64,000 bases of DNA, from positions 7,802 to 71,801 of the forward strand of contig QZKF01000076.1 of NCBI GenBank assembly GCA_003599455.1, given 5' to 3'. Below, one piece after another: positions 59,027 through 64,000 of the stretch (position 1 is the stretch's first letter; every line of letters begins with the position of its first letter). The stretch is from Comamonadaceae bacterium. GTDB lineage: Bacteria; Pseudomonadota; Gammaproteobacteria; Burkholderiales; Burkholderiaceae_C. Made by a program: the position numbers and the translations under genes. The notes below the pieces were generated by a model. The model was not told the origin of the DNA, made no database searches, and was given only the letters and a program-made list of their open reading frames with translations.

Positions 59027-59869
59027 ATGGCCACGCTTTCAGCGGCACTTCAGTGCCTGCACATCACATCACCACAACCGGCGCGCCTGGCCGAGTTCTA
59101 CGCGACGACCTACGGCATGACTTCCACCGAACAGGGCGGCGTGTGGCGCTGCACGGCACCCGAGCGCGAGGTGGCGTTCTCCGCCGGTCCCGTCAACCAG
59201 CTGCGCTGCGCGCTGTTCCGTTTCGAAACCGTCGCGGCCTGGGCGGCCTTCCAGCGGCGCGTGTCTGCGCTGGAGAAGGTGGCGCTGCCGGCGGACTGCG
59301 GCCTGGCGGCGGATGCGCTGGCCGTGCGCGACCCCGACGGCAACCTGATCGCTTTCGAGAGGCCCGCTGCGGCGGTCGATGACGGAGGCATGCGCGCTTC
59401 CAGTGCCGGACTGCCCGCGCAGCTGCAGCATTTCGCGTTTCGCACGCAGCAGATTGCCCGCATGCTGGCGTTTTACGAGGACCTGCTGGGCTTCGTGGTG
59501 TCCGACAAGGTGGTCGATGCCGACGGCGGTCTGCGCGCCTGCTTCCTGCGCGTGAACACGCTGCACCACGCGCTGGCCCTGTTCAACGCGCCCGTCACCT
59601 GCTACGACCACCAGTCCTTCGAAGCCCCCGACTGGGCGCGCCTGCAGCAATGGGCGGACCGCATGGGCTCACTCAAGACCCCCATCGTCTGGGGCGTGGG
59701 CCGCCACGGCCCGGGCAACGATGTCTTTTTCATGGTGCGCGACCCCGACGGCAACCTGGCGGAGATCTCCTCGGAGATCGAGGCCTGCGCCGAAGACCGG
59801 CCGGCCGGTCAATGGCCCCACGAGGAGCGCACGCTCAATCTCTGGGGCCAGGCCATCATGCGCAGCTGA
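59027..59869 (+). CDS. VOC-family (type I) extradiol ring-cleavage dioxygenase-like protein
   Basis: LQHFAF, LHHALAL, WGVGRHGPGND.F..RDPDGN..E: His/His/Glu metal-ligand pattern; GAGGAG RBS. Confidence 0.8.
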   Translation: MATLSAALQCLHITSPQPARLAEFYATTYGMTSTEQGGVWRCTAPEREVAFSAGPVNQLRCALFRFETVAAWAAFQRRVSALEKVALPADCGLAADALAVRDPDGNLIAFERPAAAVDDGGMRASSAGLPAQLQHFAFRTQQIARMLAFYEDLLGFVVSDKVVDADGGLRACFLRVNTLHHALALFNAPVTCYDHQSFEAPDWARLQQWADRMGSLKTPIVWGVGRHGPGNDVFFMVRDPDGNLAEISSEIEACAEDRPAGQWPHEERTLNLWGQAIMRS

Positions 59870-59878
59870 GGCACGGCG

Positions 59879-60664
59879 ATGACCGTTTCGCGCACGCTCC
59901 AGGTCCTCGGCATGTTCACGGTCGAACGGCCTGTGCTGTCGATCGACTGGCTGGTCGGGCGGCTGCAGGTCTCGCGCGCCAGCGTGTACCGCGATGTCCA
60001 GGAACTGGTGCAGGCGGGTTTGCTCGAGAAGGTCGACGCGCGCGGCTACGCCCTGGGTGCGCGCATCGTCGAGCTGGACCGGCAGATTCGCCTGGGTGAC
60101 CCGCTGCTGCATGCCGCGGGTCCCTTGCCCCAGCAGCTGGCGCGCGAGTCGGGCGGCACGGTGCTGCTGTGCCGCCTGCACGCACGCACCGTGTTGTGCA
60201 TCCTGGAAGTGACCGGGTCCGCGCCCGGTCTCACGGTGAGCTACGAGCGCGGCCGCGCCATGCCGCTGTACCGCGGCGCCACCTCCAAGATCCTGCTGGC
60301 TCACCTGCCCGTCTCCCGGCTGAGGCAGTTGCTCGAGGTGGACGCCGACGCGCTGGTCGATGCCGGCCTTCCACAGACCCTGCCCGGGCTGCAGCAGGCG
60401 CTCGCGCCCTTGCGCGCGCAGGGCCACGTGATCACGCGCGGCGAGGTCGACGCCCATGCGGTGGGGCTTGCGGCCCCGCTGCTGGACAGCGCCCGCCTGC
60501 TGGGCAGTCTGAGCGTGGTGCTGCCCGCCGCCCGCTTCACGCCCGCGACCGAGCGGCGCGTGCTGCCCCTGCTCAAGAGTTGCGCGCGCCGCATCGAGGC
60601 GCGCCTCGAAAACGACCGCCGCAGGGGCCAGACCCTGCGCACCCTTCACGCCCCATCGACATGA
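59879..60664 (+). CDS. IclR family regulator
   Basis: N-terminal HTH (RASVYR..QELVQAGLL), Y.LG, LYRGATSK.LLA, GLAAP..GSLSV. Confidence 0.9.
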   Translation: MTVSRTLQVLGMFTVERPVLSIDWLVGRLQVSRASVYRDVQELVQAGLLEKVDARGYALGARIVELDRQIRLGDPLLHAAGPLPQQLARESGGTVLLCRLHARTVLCILEVTGSAPGLTVSYERGRAMPLYRGATSKILLAHLPVSRLRQLLEVDADALVDAGLPQTLPGLQQALAPLRAQGHVITRGEVDAHAVGLAAPLLDSARLLGSLSVVLPAARFTPATERRVLPLLKSCARRIEARLENDRRRGQTLRTLHAPST

Positions 60665-62319
60665 AATCCCATCCCGTTGCCATCGTGGGCGCCGGCCCGA
60701 CCGGCCTGGTGCTCGCCAACCTGCTGGCCTGCCAGGGCATTCCCGTGCTGCTGCTCGAGCGCGGCGCCTCCACCGTCGACGAAGCGCGCGCCGTCACCAT
60801 CGACGACGAGAGCCTGCGCACCATCCAGGCCACTGGCCTCATCGAGGCCGTGCTCGCCCATGTCGTGCAGGGCTATGGCGTGCACTACTACTCGTGGCGC
60901 AACCGGCTGTTCGCGCGCATCGAGCCCACCTCCACCGAATACGGCTATGCCAAGCGCAACGCGTTTCGCCAGCAGGTGCTGGTGCGCGACCTGCTGGCCG
61001 GCCTCGCGCGCTTCGCGCACGTGGAGGTGTGCTTCCTGCACACGCTGCAGTCCTTCGAGTCGTGCGCCGACGGCGTGCGGCTGCAGGTCGAGACCCCGCA
61101 GGGCCGGCGCGAGTTCCAGTGCGACTGGCTGGTGGCCTGCGACGGCGGCCGCAGCCCGATCCGCGAGCAGCTCGGCCATGTGCTGCAGGGCAGCTCCTAC
61201 GACGAGAAGTGGCTGATCGCCGACCTGCTGGGCCGCACGTCACCGTTTCGCCATACGCGCACCTACTGCGACCCGGTGCGCCCGGCCATCCGCCTGCCCG
61301 GTCCCCAGGGCACGGTGCGCTACGAGTTCATGCTGCACCCGGGCGAAGACCCCGAGGCCGTGCTGGACGAAGCCCAGCTGCGCTCCTGGATCCGTCACCG
61401 CGACGCGGCCGATGCCGAATTGCCGATCGCGCGCAAGGTGGTTTACGCCTTCCACGCGCGGGTCGCGGATCGCTGGCGCGCCGGGCGCGTGTTTCTCGCC
61501 GGCGATGCCGCACACCTGACACCGCCGTTTGCCGGCCAGGGCATGAACAGCGGCATCCGCGATGCGGCGAACCTCGCGTGGAAGCTCGCCGGCGTGGTGT
61601 GTGGCGAACTGCCCGAGGGCCTGCTCGACACCTACGAAATGGAGCGCAAGCCGCACGCGTGGTCGCTGATCCAGATGGCGCTGCGCATCGGCCGCTTCAT
61701 GCAGCCCAAGCAGGTGTGGACCGCCGCGCTGGCGCAAGGCGCGCTCAAGGTGATGAGTGTGCTGTTGCCGCCCGTGCGCGACTACGTGCTGCACCTCAAG
61801 TTCAAGCCGCAGCCGCGTTTTGCCGAAGGCTTCTTCTGCCGCGACGAGACATCCCGGGCGCTGGTGCCGCCTGGCCAGCTGCTGCCACAACCCCGGGTGG
61901 AGCTGGCGGGCGGTGAGCGCGTGCTGCTCGACGAGGTGCTGGGGCAGGGTTTCGCGGTGCTGCAACTGGCCGGCAAGCCTGTCCCGGCAACGCCGGTGCC
62001 CTTGCGGACCGTGCGTGTCGTGGTGGTGCGTCGTTCGGACGACTTCCTTCCCGAGCTGGCCGACGCGCACGCCGGGGCGACGCTGGTGCGCGACATCGAC
62101 GGCACCCTGGAAGCATTGCTCGCCAGCGCGGGTGCCAACGCCGTCGTGCTGCGACCCGACCGCTATGTGCTCGCCTACCTGCGCGAGGGCGTCGCGACGC
62201 GCTGGTCGGTGCAGGACCTGCTGGACCGGCTGGTCGCAGGCCGGTCCCCCGGGCGCCCCGACCCTGCCCTGGTGCCGTCTCCCACGTTCTCTTCCTCCCC
62301 ACTTGCACAAGAGCCATGA
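60661..62319 (+). CDS. FAD-dependent aromatic hydroxylase, MhpA (3-hydroxyphenylpropionate 2-hydroxylase)-like
   Basis: IVGAGPTG, RAVTIDDESLR, ACDGGRS, AGDAAHLTPPFAGQGMNSG.RDAANL.WKL, C-terminal RPDRY domain. Confidence 0.9.
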   Translation: MKSHPVAIVGAGPTGLVLANLLACQGIPVLLLERGASTVDEARAVTIDDESLRTIQATGLIEAVLAHVVQGYGVHYYSWRNRLFARIEPTSTEYGYAKRNAFRQQVLVRDLLAGLARFAHVEVCFLHTLQSFESCADGVRLQVETPQGRREFQCDWLVACDGGRSPIREQLGHVLQGSSYDEKWLIADLLGRTSPFRHTRTYCDPVRPAIRLPGPQGTVRYEFMLHPGEDPEAVLDEAQLRSWIRHRDAADAELPIARKVVYAFHARVADRWRAGRVFLAGDAAHLTPPFAGQGMNSGIRDAANLAWKLAGVVCGELPEGLLDTYEMERKPHAWSLIQMALRIGRFMQPKQVWTAALAQGALKVMSVLLPPVRDYVLHLKFKPQPRFAEGFFCRDETSRALVPPGQLLPQPRVELAGGERVLLDEVLGQGFAVLQLAGKPVPATPVPLRTVRVVVVRRSDDFLPELADAHAGATLVRDIDGTLEALLASAGANAVVLRPDRYVLAYLREGVATRWSVQDLLDRLVAGRSPGRPDPALVPSPTFSSSPLAQEP

Positions 62320-63167
62320 AGTTCATCTCCTACGCGCACCGCGGCATCCCCAGCTGGGGCCTCATCACCCCCACGGGCGTGATCCAGCTCGCCACGCCCG
62401 AAGTGCCTAGCCTGCGTCGCGCCATCGAAACCGGTCGCCTTGAAGCCATGGGCCAGGCCGCGCATGGCCGTGCCGACAGCACCCCGCTGGCCGACATCGA
62501 ATTCCTGCCGGTGATTCCCGACCCCGGAAAGATCGTCTGCGTGGGCCACAACTACGAAGAGCACCGCGTCGAGACCCAGCGCGACAAGACCGAGAACCCC
62601 TCGATCTTCCTGCGCGTGCCGGCCTCGCAGACCGGGCACCTTGCGCCGCTGCCGCTGCCACCCGAGTCCACGCAGCTCGACTACGAAGGCGAGATCGCCA
62701 TCGTGATCGGCAAGGCGGGGCGACGCATTGCACAGGTCGACGCGTGGCAACACATTGCCGGCTACAGCGCCTACAACGACGGATCGGTGCGTGACTGGCA
62801 GAAGCACAGCATGCAGTTCACACCGGGCAAGAACTTCAACCGCACCGGGGCCTTCGGCCCCTGGCTGGTGTTGCGCGGCGAGATCGCCGACGGGCAGGAG
62901 CTCACGCTGGAGACCCGGCTCAACGGCACCGTGATGCAGCACGCGACGACGGCGATGATGATCTTCCCGATCCCGCGCCTGATCGAATACGTCTCCACCT
63001 TCACCACGCTGGAGCCGGGCGATGTGATCGTGACCGGCACGCCCGGCGGTGTGGGCGCGCGGCGCCAGCCACCGGTGTGGATGAAGCCCGGCGACCGCGT
63101 GGAGATCGAGGTGTCGGGCATCGGCGTGCTCGTCAACACCGTGGCCGCAGAGGAGATGGGCGCGTGA
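62316..63167 (+). CDS. Fumarylacetoacetate hydrolase family protein
   Basis: KIVCVGHNY, LDYEGE, YNDGSVRDWQ, GKNF, PGDVIVTGTPGGVG. Confidence 0.92.
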   Translation: MKFISYAHRGIPSWGLITPTGVIQLATPEVPSLRRAIETGRLEAMGQAAHGRADSTPLADIEFLPVIPDPGKIVCVGHNYEEHRVETQRDKTENPSIFLRVPASQTGHLAPLPLPPESTQLDYEGEIAIVIGKAGRRIAQVDAWQHIAGYSAYNDGSVRDWQKHSMQFTPGKNFNRTGAFGPWLVLRGEIADGQELTLETRLNGTVMQHATTAMMIFPIPRLIEYVSTFTTLEPGDVIVTGTPGGVGARRQPPVWMKPGDRVEIEVSGIGVLVNTVAAEEMGA

Positions 63168-63895
63168 GCACCGCCCCCATGACCCGCGAGCAGGCCATCG
63201 ACGAGCTGGTGTGGGCCAACCGCATCCTGGTCAACGAGAACGTGCTCGATGGATTCGGCCACGTCAGCGTGCGCGACCCGGAACGGGCCGACCGCTTCCT
63301 GATCGCGCGCAGCATGGCGCCCGCGCTGGTGACGGCCGCCGACGTGCTCGGCTGCGACCTGGACGGCACGGTGCACGACGCACAAGGGCGTCGCACCTAC
63401 ATGGAGCGCTTCATCCACAGCGAGATCTACCGCGCCCGGCCCGACGTGCTGGCCGTGGTGCACAGTCATTCGCCGGCGCTCATTCCCTTCGGCGTCACGG
63501 GCGCACGGCTGCGGCCGATCTGCCACATGAGCAGCTTCCTCGGCTCGCTCACGCCGGTGTTCGAGATCCGCCTGAGCGGGGGCGAGAGCACCGACATGCT
63601 GGTGCGCAACGCCGCGCTGGGCCGTGCGCTGGCCGACACGCTCGGCCCGCACCCGGTGGCGCTGATGCGCGGCCACGGCGGCGTGGCGGTGGGTGTGTCG
63701 CTGCCGCAGGCGGTGTTCCGGGCCGTCTACACCGAAAGCAACGCGCGGCTGCAGGCCCAGGCCATGGCGCTGGGCGCGGTCGAGTACCTCAGCGCCGGTG
63801 AATCCGGGGCCGCGACCGAGACCAACAACGGCCAGCTCGATCGGCCCTGGCAGTTGTGGAAGCAGCGTCTGGTCGAAGCGGGTCGCGCACCCTGA
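63164..63895 (+). CDS. Class II aldolase-fold protein, probable (hetero)aromatic or ring-fission acid decarboxylase
   Basis: LDGFGHVSVRDP, ERFIHSEIY, HSHS, LMRGHG; GTGA overlap with the FAH gene. Confidence 0.82.
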   Translation: MSTAPMTREQAIDELVWANRILVNENVLDGFGHVSVRDPERADRFLIARSMAPALVTAADVLGCDLDGTVHDAQGRRTYMERFIHSEIYRARPDVLAVVHSHSPALIPFGVTGARLRPICHMSSFLGSLTPVFEIRLSGGESTDMLVRNAALGRALADTLGPHPVALMRGHGGVAVGVSLPQAVFRAVYTESNARLQAQAMALGAVEYLSAGESGAATETNNGQLDRPWQLWKQRLVEAGRAP

Positions 63896-63939
63896 AGCGT
63901 GCCCCTCATTTTTTCGTGTATTTCCAGGAGACAAGACCC

Positions 63940-64000
63940 ATGAGCGCCCCTTCCCCCCGAGTCCCGGTCATCGCGATCGAGGAACATTACTGGGACGACG
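63940..64000 (+). CDS. 5' end of an amidohydrolase-2 family (non-oxidative decarboxylase-like) gene, truncated by window end
   Basis: MSAPSPRVPVIAIEEHYWDD; the IA.EEH motif; AGGAG RBS. Only 20 codons visible. Confidence 0.65.
   Translation, partial: MSAPSPRVPVIAIEEHYWDD

Overview
High-GC betaproteobacterial chromosome segment; gene content and order look Comamonadaceae-like (inference). It appears to be the replication-origin region. Left to right: (1) mnmG-rsmG-lysE-parA-hydrolase-parB, with four parS sites inside coding sequence. (2) A small redox module: FMN reductase, YkgJ-type Cys protein, Crp/Fnr regulator, a perfect CRP-type box and DUF2892. (3) An ~18 kb agmatine/putrescine/GABA gamma-glutamylation cluster with two different glutamine-synthetase-like ligases and a MocR regulator whose candidate operator recurs at three promoters; a secreted triple beta/gamma-crystallin gene sits inside it. 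(4) A hemerythrin gene with an FNR box, copA-copZ-cueR, and a His/Met-tailed Spy/CpxP-like protein. (5) A strong oriC candidate at ~37.02-37.25 kb (AT-rich tract, DnaA-trios, DnaA boxes, IHF site) directly upstream of minCDE and ~31 kb from mnmG; no dnaA is in the window. (6) Housekeeping and accessory genes, including an infA paralogue, DAHP synthase, a PagP-like barrel, MATE and TetR-SDR. (7) From ~50.2 kb to the end, an uncharacterised aromatic or heteroaromatic catabolic cluster: MhpA-like monooxygenase, extradiol dioxygenase, two decarboxylase-type enzymes, PhdK-like aldehyde dehydrogenase and an ICL-family lyase. This is the best candidate for an undescribed system. I saw no rRNA, tRNA, CRISPR array, transposase or integrase. 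Family assignments come from motif recognition and recalled family knowledge, not database searches. Many starts were moved from the ORF track to more plausible internal codons.
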